A DNA stretch of 64,000 nucleotides. Origin: an uncultured Verrucomicrobiae bacterium (lineage in GTDB: Bacteria; Verrucomicrobiota; Verrucomicrobiia; Chthoniobacterales; JAFAMB01). The notes under the pieces were generated by a model, which was not told the DNA's origin, made no database searches, and saw only the letters and a program-made list of their open reading frames with translations. The first letter of the stretch is position 1; each line of letters begins with the position of its first letter. The stretch lies in assembly GCA_963813025.1 (NCBI GenBank), contig CAWEXO010000008.1, positions 288,001 through 352,000 of the forward strand. Direction: 5' to 3'. The position numbers and the translations under genes are program-made. This document shows, piece after piece, positions 10,020 to 21,259 of this stretch.

Positions 10020-12040
10020 TTAGGCCGCTGACCCGATGTTGCTGGGTTTTGTAGTTTCGATTGGCCGCTCATTCGCGCTGTCATCGGCCGCAGCTGCGGT
10101 TCGCGCAGCTTCAAGGCAAGCTTCCACAGTTTCCCGCAACGAACTTGTATAGTAATCCGCACCAAGCGCAGTCCGAAGCCGCACGTCGCTGAGAATAAGG
10201 TCTTCACTGGGCCAAAGACCGACAAGCAGTGTAGCTGTGGGTAGCCGACGCCGCAACCGGCGCGCTAAGTACTCAAGGTACGCAGGCGTGCCACTAAGTT
10301 GGAGATAGGAAATGCAGATCATTGCAGACCCAGTAAGGTCCGCTTTGGGCATCCGTTCAGGCGAGGTGGTTTCGTGAGCGAATACCCGCGCTCCTAAACC
10401 GTGCTTGCGGACCAGTTGCGCCAGGATCGAAGATGCTGCTTCATCCAGAGGACCGCTCCCGGCGACACACAAGACGGGCGAGCTCGACTGCCACGCATGC
10501 GGAAGATCGGCGGGTTTTTCGCCCTGCGGCGCCGTAGACTTGGGCAACTCCTGCTCCACTTGACTTGGTAGGCCACTCACGACAGCAATCGATGTCTTCT
10601 CGTCCGCACCGGCGTGAGGATCAGCGTCCGGGTATTCGTCCAGTTTCTCGATCAGGCGTTTGATCGTCGTTTTAATGCGCTCAAGCTGGTCTGCTCCTAT
10701 TCGACCCGCTGAGCGTCTGCGGCCGCAAGCCGCAGCCCTTTCAGTACTACCTCGTCGTAGTAGGAAGATAGAGAGCGTTCCTTGAGAAGCAGCTCCGCTT
10801 GGGACTGCGCTTCGTCCGAGTTATCGGCCAACATCCGTTGATAAAAGCTTTCAACTGGCGTCAATGGCGGCCGGTCACCCAGTAAGACATCGAAAAATTC
10901 CAGACGCTTCACGTGCCGGCCGAGAACAACGAGCACCAGAGTCAGAGGCGTCGACATGATGAGCCCGATCGGGCCCCATAGCCATCCCCAGAAGATAGCC
11001 GCCACGATGACCGCAAACGGTGATAGGCCTGTAGAGTGTCCATACAGCAGTGGCTCTAAAGCTTGACCGACTATCGGTTCGAGGACGAAGTAGAGCCACG
11101 CGGTCCAGATCAGCTTGACCCAACCCGGATCTACCGCAGCGGCTAAGGCCAAGGGAAAAACGGCCGAGAGGATTGATCCGACGTAAGGAACAAAACGCAG
11201 CAGTGCACTTACAACACCCCACAGCATCGGCGAGGGCAGGCCGATAATGGATAAGCCGATCGCAATGATAACTCCAAACCCGAAGTTGATCGCGAGTTGG
11301 GTAATGAAATAGCGGCTGAGGCGCCGGCCAGCGTCGTCCATCGCCTGCGTTGTGCGGTGCAAGTCGCCCGATCCGGTCAGCCGGATTAAGCGATCACGCA
11401 AATCTTCCCTCTGCAGCAGAGCAAACACTGTTACGACAAATACCAGCGCCGTGGTGGAAAGCGGAGCGACGAGCGGAGACAATATGCGCTGGGTCATCTC
11501 CAAAGGTGACGGGTTAGGGTTGTGCACTTCCACCGGCATAGGTTTCTGTTCCGTCGCCGCTTCCTCAGCGGGGTTTTCGGGAGAGGTCGGCGGCTGACCC
11601 TGCTTTTCACGTTCGACCTGCCGGCCGATGCCGCTCAAGACTCGATTGGCGCGGTCCAAAGTTAACCCGCGGAGCATTTCCACCTTGCGTTCGATGGTGC
11701 TCGCGTAGCGCGGTACTTGCCGGGACAGCTCAGCGATCTGCGCACCGACCATGCTGCCGATCCCCAGCGCAATAGCCAGAGCGAGAGCAACGGCCAGAAG
11801 TACCGGAGCAGTCCGTCCAATCGGCAGGCGCCGGAGCAAACCTACGAGCGGCACCAGGATGAACGATAGCAGGACAGCGAGTGTGACTGGTATCAATACT
11901 GCGCGGGCGAGAAACAAGGCCGCGACGATCACCACGGCCACCAAAGGGCCGAGCAAGCCTGAAGAGCTGGGAGTTTCGGCGGGTGGCACCGAGGCTGAAT
12001 CGCCTCGCGGCAATATGGAAAGTCTTACGGGTTCCGGCAT
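10020..12040 (-). CDS. AI-2E family transporter with C-terminal cytoplasmic domain, frameshift near 10705
   Basis: LQREDLRDRLIRL, LRFVPYVG, EPLLYGHSTGLS, WGWLWGPIGL; adding one G at cagcgggtc joins 10697-12040 to 10020-10580. Confidence 0.85.
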
Positions 12041-12310
12041 GGGATCAAGATATCAAGTTAATCTCCTCCGCCGTGCGGTTGTAAGCCGGGATTGGCGCTT
12101 CCTTGCCGTGTTCCCAAGCCACACTTTTGACGGTGCCGAAACCGGCGTAATCTTGGACCAGCTTGGGCTCGAATGCTTCCGGTTTTAAGTCCGCGCCGTA
12201 CTTGCGCGCCCTTTCATAGCCCTGGTAGCGCTCGTGGTAAAGACCGGCATCCCGGGTTTCATCCCACAAGGTAGCTGAACATGAAAGCCAAGCAGCACCT
12301 GGAGCAGTCC

Positions 12311-12694
12311 ATGCAAGAGGAACAAATACGTGAAGCCCTGAATACGCACTGGCACGCGTCGGCAGCCGGCGATGCAAACGCGGAACACGATATTTACGAT
12401 GACGATGCCATTTGTGATTATCCCCAGTCAGGCGAGCGAATCCTCGGGCGAAGCAACTTGCAAGCCTTGCGAAGTCATCATCCCGGCAAGCCGTCGGGCT
12501 TCAACGTCAAGCGAATTCTCGGAAACGGTGATCTCTGGATCACGGAATACACAATCACGTACCAGGGGCAACCAGCATACACAGTGAGTATTATGGAGTT
12601 CCGCAACGGAAAGGTCGTGCGCGAGACACAGTATTTCGCGGATCCCTTCGAGGCGCCGGCCTGGCGGAGCCAATGGGTTCAGCAGATCGCGTGA
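12311..12694 (+). CDS. SnoaL/NTF2-like protein
   Basis: YDDDAICDYPQSGERILGR..VSIMEFRNGKVVRETQYFADPF. Confidence 0.8.
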   Translation: MQEEQIREALNTHWHASAAGDANAEHDIYDDDAICDYPQSGERILGRSNLQALRSHHPGKPSGFNVKRILGNGDLWITEYTITYQGQPAYTVSIMEFRNGKVVRETQYFADPFEAPAWRSQWVQQIA

Positions 12695-12964
12695 CGCCGC
12701 ACTGAGGCGAGATTGAACCCCGACCGGCGGCTGAGCTGTTCATTCCTACTTTGATGATGGCCCGTCGGAAGTTATGGCGGCGACGCGCGAGATCCTTAGG
12801 CAGGGTGGGAGCTTCATCAAGATGATCGCTGGATCCATTTGAAGATTTGAAGCACCGGATAGCGCACCCAGTGGGTCGAGACGATGGATTGAGTAGGTGA
12901 GACTCACTGTGAGTACTCCTCGCGTCTGGCGCCTTCGTCGCGCGGAGTTACCCATGGACACCAT

Positions 12965-13340
12965 GAAGCTGGCGAGACAATATCACAGAGACGAATGAAT
13001 ATCGCAGCGGAGTCGGTGCCCACTGGCCTTTCCTTTCTGACCCGGGGCCTAAAGTCCAAAAGGACCTTGACATCGCCGAGTACACAGATCCTCTCCACAA
13101 TCCGATGATCCCCCACGTGATTGTCCTCGAGCCGGGTCTTGTGATTTATAAGATCTGCATGGACTACTGGTTCTTCGGTCGGCCCACGGTGGAAGATCTC
13201 CGCCAGGATTTACGGGCCGTTACCAAGAAATGCCGGCCGGACTGGGACATTACAACGCCCGAACTCAGAGCGGGGTGGCAACAAGGCCGAAAGGAACTCT
13301 TTTATCCTTACGGCAAAACGTACGCCCAACCTTGGGCGAA
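12965..13340 (+). pseudogene. redoxin-domain protein C-terminal relic
   Basis: QKDLDIAEYTDPLHNPMIPH..LEPGLVIYK..YWFFGRPTVEDLRQDLR. Confidence 0.6.
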
Positions 13341-13620
13341 CAGGACTAGGATTCGGGACGTCGGATTAAGCCGCTTTCGCAAGTGTGGCAGACCCCCGTA
13401 CGACCAGCGCACCGGCACATCACAGGCTTCCGCGAAATCGAGAAGGCTCGAAAACTTTGCGTTCCAGCACACATTCAGGCCGCTGCACACAAGCGACACT
13501 CGTGGGTCCGAACGCACAGGCCCCTCCGGCGGGTGCGGAGATGCATGCGACGGATCGACGACGCCGGGCGTTATCGGTTTTCCTGGGCCGAAAATCTCCG
13601 TGTGCCCGGAAGCCCTAAGG
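13340..13620 (-). pseudogene. 2Fe-2S ferredoxin C-terminus of a MOSC/FAD oxidoreductase, degenerate
   Basis: HTEIFG..SLLDFAEACDVPVRWS then broken Cys motif. Confidence 0.65.
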
Positions 13621-13624
13621 CCCT

Positions 13625-13890
13625 TCGAATTTTGTCGGCAACGTCTTTGTGCGTCCACGGGTAAAACTGGTAACGCATAATCATCGCATATCCGCCCGCT
13701 TGAATGAGGGCGTAGACCGACGTCTTTGGGAGGGCTCGGACTGCAAAAACAGGCGTTAGGCCGAGATGGCGCGCGAGCCTGATTTTGGTCAGAAACTCCT
13801 CAATATCGAGATACCCTAAAGTATTTTTGACCTCCACGCCGTAGGCCATGCCATCTCTCTCAAAAATGAAGTCCAGATCGTGCTCGTTGG
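13625..13890 (-). pseudogene. PD-(D/E)XK nuclease-like fragment
   Basis: HDLDFIFERDGMAYGVEVKN motif; 5' part missing. Confidence 0.5.
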
Positions 13891-13891
13891 G

Positions 13892-14768
13892 TTACTTGCC
13901 GTCGGACCGGCTCAATCCATCCAGGCTGCGAAGGACGGCAGCGTCGAGTTCGATGTGTAAGGACGCGACGTTTTCTTCCAGTTGGGTCGCGGAAGTTGTT
14001 CCCGGAATCGCAACGATATTTGAAGATCGATGCAGGAGCCATGCGAGTGCGACCTGCGGTCTTGAAACATGGAGGCCCCCGGCCACCTCGGCCAAGGTTC
14101 CGCCGGCCGAGGCCAGTGGCGATCCCGGTTTCATCGGATCGGCGGCCAATGGGCCGTAAGGGAGAAACAGGATGCCATGCTCGGCGGTAAAATCGACGAT
14201 AGCATCGCTTTGACGTTCTACGACGCTAAACCTGTTCTGCACGGAGGCCATGGGCGCGGTCGAGAGGGCTTCTTTGAGCTGATCCAACGTGATATTGGAG
14301 AGGCCAATCCGCCGGATCTTTCCTTGTTTTTGCAAAATCGCAAGCCCCGCAACGGAATCAGCGAAGGGGACATCGGGGTCGACCCAGTGAAGCTGGTAAA
14401 GGTCGATGCAATCGACTCGGAGGTTTCTCAGGCTGTCTTCGCAGTCTCGCCTCAGTCCTTCGGGGGCTTCCGTCCAGAAACCGTGCAGTGGCCGTCTTTT
14501 TGACCACTCCGCCTTTCGTTGCGATAAAGAGATCGTCCGGGTAAGGAGACAAGGCGTCGGCGACGAGTCTTTCGTTCCAGCCCGGGCCATAGGCTCTTGC
14601 AGTATCGATAAATCGAATTCCCAAATCGAGCGCATGGCGCAGCAGCTGTTTGCCTGCGTCCCAGTCGATGTAAGGACCGTAATAGTTTGGCTGCCCTGTC
14701 AGGCGCATGGCGCCATAGCCGAGTCGGGGAACAAGGAAGTCGCCAGTGATCGAGAATGTGTTCTGCAT
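13892..14768 (-). CDS. aldo/keto reductase, frameshift in a homopolymer near 14465
   Basis: LGYGAMRL, IDTARAYG, IATKGG then SLRNLRVDCIDLYQLH, IPGTTS. Confidence 0.85.
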
Positions 14769-15059
14769 ATTTGCATTTCAAAGAGATTTCGGTTGAGGAT
14801 GCCCGGTGTTTGGTTGCCGAAGAAGATTCATGGCGCACCTTGCTTTTTTGCAAGTTTTAACAGAGACGAGATTTGAAGGTCCGGTCAGTTTAGTCAGCTC
14901 GATATACGATTCCGACGACAGACTAAGAGGGTGTCTGGGCGGCCTGATGAGCTTCGAGGCTTCGGCACTTTCTTCGGCGAGTGGCGTTGGGCAGAAACAA
15001 ACTTCCACCCAATGTGCTGTTCCATCTTGGGCCAGACGCGCGCGTTTCATGTCGCAGAG

Positions 15060-15335
15060 GTATTCGTCACCGCGCCCTGAGTCCTTACTCCTTGGGTCAA
15101 TCCGATGAGCTTTTTATAGCTTTGCTTTAACTGCTCCTGGCCTGCTTGCGTACAAGTCCGGGCCGCTCGGCCAATCTTCAACACTCGATGTTTGACCGCC
15201 CGAGCATGATGGACAATGGGAAGTTCGGAGTCCTGACAACCTCCGGCGATACGTTGCAAAGACCGGCTCGTGACTCGCACTGAATCGGCCAGCAACGAGC
15301 TGTCGGTGGGGTGGTGAATGTTGGTTTGTAGAAGA
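15060..15335 (-). mobile_element. ISNCY/IS5-like transposase fragment
   Basis: TNIHHPTDSSLLADSVRV motif. Confidence 0.7.
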
Positions 15336-15604
15336 GCGATTTCATCCTCGTCACCCTGAGAAATGCGGCGGACGAGCTCGCTGTGTATGGGCTTCAGGAT
15401 CCTCCACCCTCCACTGGTGCCAATCATATCTTTTCCGGAGTTTGTTGTCGTGGGGAAATGCGACTCGGTTCCCGCTTTGGATGCCAACGCATTTAGCGTG
15501 ACAGACGCAGGGGCACGCGCAGCAAATCGAGCAATCGAGCTGCCCCGGGGAAGAAGAGCGGGAGCGAGCCCGCGCCATGCTTAGTCCGTTGGCCTGAAGG
15601 TCGA

Positions 15605-15901
15605 TCAACTTTTCTGAGAGGAACCGGGAAGACCGTGATCTTTTAAGAATTCGTCAAGAACTTCTTGAAGCCTTTTGAGAGACGTGCCTTCCTCGACGTC
15701 GACTTCCACCACAGAAATCGCGCTCGGTTCGAAATTTCCTTGCAGCGCAGGCGGTTCGGGAACTTTAATTCCCGAGTTTGCTAAATGATCAAGAAATGAC
15801 CCCAACAGATCTTCTTGCACATGAAAGCTTGGAAGGGACTCGTCAGTGGGTGGCAGGAGAATAATTCTTTCAGGCGGCATAAAGTAATTGTGATCTTCCA
15901 T
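15605..15901 (-). CDS. hypothetical acidic protein
   Basis: 98-aa ATG ORF with protein-like composition. Confidence 0.45.
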   Translation of the reverse strand: MEDHNYFMPPERIILLPPTDESLPSFHVQEDLLGSFLDHLANSGIKVPEPPALQGNFEPSAISVVEVDVEEGTSLKRLQEVLDEFLKDHGLPGSSQKS

Positions 15902-16212
15902 TGATCGACGGCGGCCGAGGCCTCGGATGGGTCCTAGAAAAATTTGTTTAGGACGATTTGCAACCGGCGGGCGGTCCGGCCGTTGTCTTCAATGCGTCTC
16001 GAAAGGGTGCAACCGGTTTTAATGGCCGGAACGAAAAGCAGTCCCGGACTTACATTTAGTTGGCCTGAGGATACGTCGCGAACTGAATTGATCTTTTTTT
16101 CGACTGACGAGAGAATTACTTGCTTGTAGGCCGCCGTCGTGGGCTCGAGAGAGCTACTTAGTCTCTCTCCAGTAGTCGCTAAGACGTTAGCCACCGAAGG
16201 AAAATTTCGCCA

Positions 16213-17682
16213 ATGAATAACCCCCAGAATCCCTCTCCCACCCTTGGCTCTTATCGCATGTACCTCGACGGCGAATGGTCCAACGGGGAAGCTTCCGAGA
16301 CCATCGAAGTTGAAAATCCGGCAAACGAAGAAATTATCGCAACCATCCCCGCCGGAACGCCGAACGACGCCCAGCGGGCTTTGGATGCCGCCAGAAACGC
16401 GCAATCAGGATGGGCTGCACGTCCTCCGATCGAGCGCGCAAAATTGCTCCACAAACTCGCCGACGCCATCCGCGCGCACCAAGATCATTTAGCGCGAATC
16501 GTGACGCTCGAACAAGGCAAGCCGCTCAAGGAAGCCATCGGAGAAATCGGAGCGACCGAAACGTTTATCCGGTACGCAGCCGAAAGCGCTCGCCGGATTG
16601 AAGGCGATATCATGCCCTCCGACAATCCGAATGAGGAAATCTGGATCCGGCGAGTTCCCTACGGGGTCGTGGTTGCCCTCACAGCATGGAATTACCCGTC
16701 GGCACTCGCGGCCAGGAAGATCGGCCCGGCCCTGGTTGCCGGTAATACGGTCGTTCTGAAGGGTCACGAATGTACGCCTCTTTCTGGTCTGGAACTGGCC
16801 AGGCTCGCGCACGAGACCGGTTTTCCAAAAGGAGTTTTCAATGTTGTGACCGGCACTGGTCGCACGATCGGTGAAGCGCTCACGATGAGTCCGCTAACAG
16901 ATCTTGTGACGATGACCGGAAGTGTCCGCGCCGGGAAAGAGATCTACCGCGCAGGAGCGGAAAAGCTTGCCGTCCTCCGCCTTGAACTGGGCGGAAAGGC
17001 ACCCTTCCTCGTGATGGAGGACGCGGACCTGGAAGGCGCAGTGGAAGCGGCAGTCATTGCCCGGTTTACCAACTGCGGTCAGATCTGCACCTGCAACGAA
17101 CGGATGTACGTGCACGAAAAAATCGCGGACGATTTTCTCGAGCGTTTCGTCGCTCGGGCGCGCTCGCTCTCAATCGGAGATCCAATGAAGAACTTCGATC
17201 TTGGTCCGAAAGTAAATCGTCCTGAGGTCGAAAAAGTGGAGGCAATTGTGAACGAAGCAATCGCAGGGGGTGCCCAAGTGCTGCTCGGAGGCAAGCGTCT
17301 ACGCGATGGTCAGTTCGCGAAAGGTCATTGGTTTGAACCCACGGTTCTCACCGCCCTGGATAACCGTGCCCCTATCTTGCAGAGAGAAGTATTCGGTCCC
17401 GTCATTCCCGTTCTTCGGTTTCGCGATTTCGAGCAGGCCATCAAGTATGCGAACGATACCGAGTACGGTCTTTCCGCGTTCATTTTTACCAATGATTTCC
17501 GCCGGATCATGAACCTGTCACGAAGCCTCCAGTTCGGCGAAGTCTATGTGAATCGACCGAATGGCGAACTCATCCAGGGCTTCCATAACGGCTGGCGCCA
17601 TTCCGGCCTAGGCGGAGAGGACGGCAAGTACGGCCTGGATGGTTATTTTCGCAAGCAAACCACCTACGTTCGTTTTGCTTAA
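16213..17682 (+). CDS. NAD(P)-dependent aldehyde dehydrogenase, AldA/3,6-anhydrogalactose dehydrogenase-like
   Basis: TAWNYP, MTGS, LELGGKAP, catalytic NCGQICTC, EVFGP, GFHNG..GGEDGKYG. Confidence 0.92.
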   Translation: MNNPQNPSPTLGSYRMYLDGEWSNGEASETIEVENPANEEIIATIPAGTPNDAQRALDAARNAQSGWAARPPIERAKLLHKLADAIRAHQDHLARIVTLEQGKPLKEAIGEIGATETFIRYAAESARRIEGDIMPSDNPNEEIWIRRVPYGVVVALTAWNYPSALAARKIGPALVAGNTVVLKGHECTPLSGLELARLAHETGFPKGVFNVVTGTGRTIGEALTMSPLTDLVTMTGSVRAGKEIYRAGAEKLAVLRLELGGKAPFLVMEDADLEGAVEAAVIARFTNCGQICTCNERMYVHEKIADDFLERFVARARSLSIGDPMKNFDLGPKVNRPEVEKVEAIVNEAIAGGAQVLLGGKRLRDGQFAKGHWFEPTVLTALDNRAPILQREVFGPVIPVLRFRDFEQAIKYANDTEYGLSAFIFTNDFRRIMNLSRSLQFGEVYVNRPNGELIQGFHNGWRHSGLGGEDGKYGLDGYFRKQTTYVRFA

Positions 17683-17835
17683 AAAATCATACCTTGTCCT
17701 TCTCTTCTGATCTTTTTTAAAAACGCGACCCCACGGCCAAGGCGATTTCCTGGGGTTTTCCAGTCCCGGCTTGGTTTGCCGCTTGCGCATACATCGTCAG
17801 CTCGATCTGTCTGAACCTCACCGCCAGCGGACGCT

Positions 17836-18012
17836 ATGTCCTTGGCAGGCGTTATTCTTCTGGGTCTGATCTTCAATATCCTCAATTTCGAGAACGGTCT
17901 GGGTTGGATTTGTCTATCGGCCTACTGGCAGTCAGTGATCCGCGGAGCCTTTCTCATGATCGTCGTCGTGCTTCAGGCGAACCTGACCGCCCGGCACCGG
18001 TCTACATCTTAA
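17836..18012 (+). pseudogene. sugar ABC permease (RbsC-type) C-terminal relic
   Basis: LAGVILLGLIFNILNF..LSAYWQSVIRGAFLMIVVVLQ; not in ORF track. Confidence 0.7.
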
Positions 18013-18047
18013 CCTTCCTACTCGATCTCAAACACAAGAAATCACTT

Positions 18048-19136
18048 ATGCCACACCTCACTGAACTGATCCCCGGATACTACCGAATCGCGCTGTCAGC
18101 AGCGGTTAGCGACAGCATGCACGGTCACATGGCCTCGTTTGAACTCAACACCGTTCGGCTTCGCGACTCTGATGGTGCAGAAGGGGTAGGATATACCTTT
18201 ACCTGCGGCCGGAATGGGTCCGCCATTCACGCGCTGTTGGAACGCGATTTTCCCGATCTCGCGCTCGGTCAAGATGCCGATCGAATTGAATTCTTATGGA
18301 CGAAACTCTGGTGGGGATTGCACTACGGAGGACGAGGCGGACCCACCGTGCTCGCGCTGTCCGCCTTCGATATGGCACTGTGGGATTTGAAAGCAAAAAG
18401 ACTGAATCAACCCCTTTGGAAGCTCTTAGGCGGGAATGATCGTCACGTTCGGTGCTACGCCGGTGGGATCGATCTCGATCTGCGACTAGAGCGATTACTC
18501 GAACAGACCGACAACAACCTAAAAAAAGGTTTTCGCGCCATCAAGCTGAAGGTGGGCCGGAAACGATTGGCCGAGGACGTTGAGCGCGTCAAAGCCATGC
18601 GCCAGCATCTCGGCGACGATTTCCCTTTGATGGTCGACGCGAATATGAAGTGGACGGTCGACGAGGCGATCCGAGCCGCACGCGCCTTTCAGCCGTTCGA
18701 CCCGGTTTGGCTCGAAGAGCCAATTATCCCCGACGATTTTGCCGGTCATTCACGTCTGGTTCGCGACGGCGGTCTGCCGATAGCGACGGGCGAAAACCTG
18801 CGCACGCTCTGGGATTTCAAACACCTGATTGAAATTGGCGGAGTGACCTTCCCAGAGCCGGATGTAACGAACTGCGGCGGTATTACCCCCTTCCTGAAAA
18901 TCGCTCATCTCGCAGAAGCCTTTAACCTGCCGGTTACGACCCACGGCGCGCACGATGTAACCGTGCATTTGCTAGCAGCAGTACCCAACGCTTCCTACCT
19001 GGAAGCACATGGCTTTGGCCTGGATCGCTACATCGCTGAGCCGCTTCACATCGAGGAAGGGTTTGCCATCGCGCCCGACCGTCCCGGTCACAGCATCGAA
19101 TTTGATTGGAAAGGCCTGGAATCCATCCGGGCATAA
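18048..19136 (+). CDS. mandelate racemase-like enolase superfamily enzyme (acid-sugar dehydratase/cycloisomerase)
   Basis: KLK, MVDAN, WLEEP, TGEN, THG catalytic set; SDSMHG and HYGGRGG motifs. Confidence 0.9.
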   Translation: MPHLTELIPGYYRIALSAAVSDSMHGHMASFELNTVRLRDSDGAEGVGYTFTCGRNGSAIHALLERDFPDLALGQDADRIEFLWTKLWWGLHYGGRGGPTVLALSAFDMALWDLKAKRLNQPLWKLLGGNDRHVRCYAGGIDLDLRLERLLEQTDNNLKKGFRAIKLKVGRKRLAEDVERVKAMRQHLGDDFPLMVDANMKWTVDEAIRAARAFQPFDPVWLEEPIIPDDFAGHSRLVRDGGLPIATGENLRTLWDFKHLIEIGGVTFPEPDVTNCGGITPFLKIAHLAEAFNLPVTTHGAHDVTVHLLAAVPNASYLEAHGFGLDRYIAEPLHIEEGFAIAPDRPGHSIEFDWKGLESIRA

Positions 19137-19183
19137 CACGAACCTCAGCGAGGCATCTCTCACTCGTAAAAGGAAAAACAATA

Positions 19184-19954
19184 ATGAAACTGAAAGATAA
19201 GGTCTCAATCATCACCGGTGGCGCCAGCGGAATCGGAAAAGCAATCGGCGAACGCTATGCCAAGGAAGGCGCCCGGGTGGTGGTAGCAGATCTCGACGGT
19301 AAAACCGCCGAAGGACTAGCACAGCAGTTCGGTAACGGCGCATTCGGTATTGAATGCGACGTAACGAAGCAAGAATCGATCGATCACCTGGTCGTAACGG
19401 TCGTCGAAAAAGCCGGTCGCATCGACATCCTGGTGAACAATGCCGGTATCTTCGCGATGGCTCCGATTACCGAAATAACGCGGGATCAATGGCACAAACT
19501 ATTTGCGGTGAATTCGGAAGGCAAATTTTTCACCATGCAAGCGGTCGCCAGGCAGATGATCAAACAAGGTCATGGCGGAAAGATTATCAACCTGGCCAGC
19601 CAGGCTGGCCGGCGCGGTGAACCGCTCGTTGCCGTGTACTGCGCTTCGAAGGCGGTCGTGATCAGTATCACGCAATCGGCCGGGCTGGCTCTGATTAAAC
19701 ATGGCATTAACGTCAATGCCATCGCCCCGGGTGTGGTCGATACGCCCTTTTGGGAGTTTGTTGATCGGGAGTTCGCGCGTTATGAAAATCGCCCAATCGG
19801 AGAAACCAAACGGATGGTCAGCGAAGCCGTCCCCTACGGCCGGATGGCCAAACCGGAAGACCTCACCGGCATGGCCGTATTCCTGGCGACGGAGGACGCC
19901 GATTACATTGTTGCGCAAACCTACGGAGTCGATGGCGGCAACTGGTTAGCTTAA
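19184..19954 (+). CDS. SDR, L-iditol/sorbitol dehydrogenase-like
   Basis: TGGASGIG, NNAG, ASQAGRRGEPLVAVYCASK, PGVVD, VDGGNW. Confidence 0.88.
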   Translation: MKLKDKVSIITGGASGIGKAIGERYAKEGARVVVADLDGKTAEGLAQQFGNGAFGIECDVTKQESIDHLVVTVVEKAGRIDILVNNAGIFAMAPITEITRDQWHKLFAVNSEGKFFTMQAVARQMIKQGHGGKIINLASQAGRRGEPLVAVYCASKAVVISITQSAGLALIKHGINVNAIAPGVVDTPFWEFVDREFARYENRPIGETKRMVSEAVPYGRMAKPEDLTGMAVFLATEDADYIVAQTYGVDGGNWLA

Positions 19955-20160
19955 ATGAGTAATCGTCTGGCAGGGAAACGTGCCGTTATCACGGCGGCTG
20001 GACAGGGTATTGGTCGGGCAGCGCTGAAGCCTTCCTGCGTGAAGGCGCAGAGGTGATTGCAACCGATAGCAACGAAGCTGCTCTTCAGTCCTGAGCGGTT
20101 GCGAAACCCGAGGGGCTTAATTAACGTTACCGATCCAGCCGCGATTGAGGCATGCAAAAG
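19955..20160 (+). pseudogene. SDR N-terminal relic (BDH2/2-keto-3-deoxy-sugar acid dehydrogenase type)
   Basis: MSNRLAGKRAVITAAGQGIGRA / EAFLREGAEVIATD, then degenerates. Confidence 0.7.
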
Positions 20161-20300
20161 CAGAACTCTGAAAGCTTTGACTGGACATAGTTAAATCTTC
20201 TGTCGTCCACGAGAAGGCTCTCGTTTAGACTCTTTCATGCCCATGGCGACTCGCAAAGCTCCAACGAGCGCATCGCTTCCAAGAACGAGCCCACTGAGCG

Positions 20301-20735
20301 TTATGTCTCCCGCGCGACTTCAGAAGCATTCTTGTCCTCGCGTAAGCCGATGAAACTGCAATGGCGCAGGTGGCCAGCCGCAGTCCATTCTACGAACGCC
20401 ACCTGGCACACCAATTCCGGTTTCACCCACCGGCACTCCTTCATGTTTTCAATGGTAAGCGACTCTCCCCACCGAGAGGCTTTCTTTTCGGGAAGGTTCT
20501 TGAATGGGCAGTTTGGCGTTACGAGCCTCTCGAGTTTTGGGAAAATCTGGTTGCGCTGCATCGGCGTGAAGCCATTTTTCACCTTTGCTACAAAGATGAG
20601 CCCGGTATTTTCATTGACGCCGACCAGCAGAGCCTCGAAGCCATGCGTACCGGGAATGTAGCCGCCGACGACAAACTCCTGCTCGCGGTTGATGCGAAAT
20701 TTAATCCATGCTCCGGAACGCTCGCCTGCCTCGTC
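20301..20735 (-). pseudogene. ATP-dependent DNA ligase (LigD) C-terminal OB-fold fragment
   Basis: ERSGAWIKFR..QEFVVGGY..WVKPELVCQVAFVEWT..LRH..GLREDK. Confidence 0.85.
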
Positions 20736-20769
20736 ACCTATCGTGGTTTGGAAATGAGCGATGTTGTCG

Positions 20770-20945
20770 GTTCGAGCCGATTATGTTCTCAGTTCGCTAC
20801 ACCCGGGAAACTGCTACGATAACGCGAAGGCGGAGGCGTTCTTTAGCACGCTCAAAAGCGAATGCCTGCCAGCTCAAGTTTTGATTCCAAGGTGGCTGCA
20901 CGTCGCGAGCTGTTCGAGAATATCGAAATGTACTACAGTCTTCTG
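20770..20945 (+). mobile_element. IS3-family transposase C-terminal fragment
   Basis: PGNCYDNAKAEAFFSTLKSE. Confidence 0.8.
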
Positions 20946-21024
20946 AGCCAATCAGATAACGCACATTAACCAACTATCCGTGTCCGTTGTTTTCGGGGAA
21001 CTACATTTTGGCCAACTATGCCAA

Positions 21025-21170
21025 TCGGGTCTTGAAGTTGGGCCTGGATCTGCACTCTCGGCAGGTGACGGTAGCGATGCAGGAAGATGGCGATCGGATC
21101 AAGGCGGCCGGGGAAAATGAGCCATGGGGTTTTTCTGAATTGGGTGCAGGAGTCGCGAAGACGGCAAACC
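21025..21170 (+). mobile_element. IS110-family transposase N-terminal fragment
   Basis: LKLGLDLHSRQVTVAMQEDG. Confidence 0.55.
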
Positions 21171-21259
21171 AGCAAGTCAACATCAACGTTTCGCAGAGTT
21201 CTCCATGTTCACTTTCGGCCTTGTTTAACAAGTAATCTTGATATTCGTTTTGATTGATC

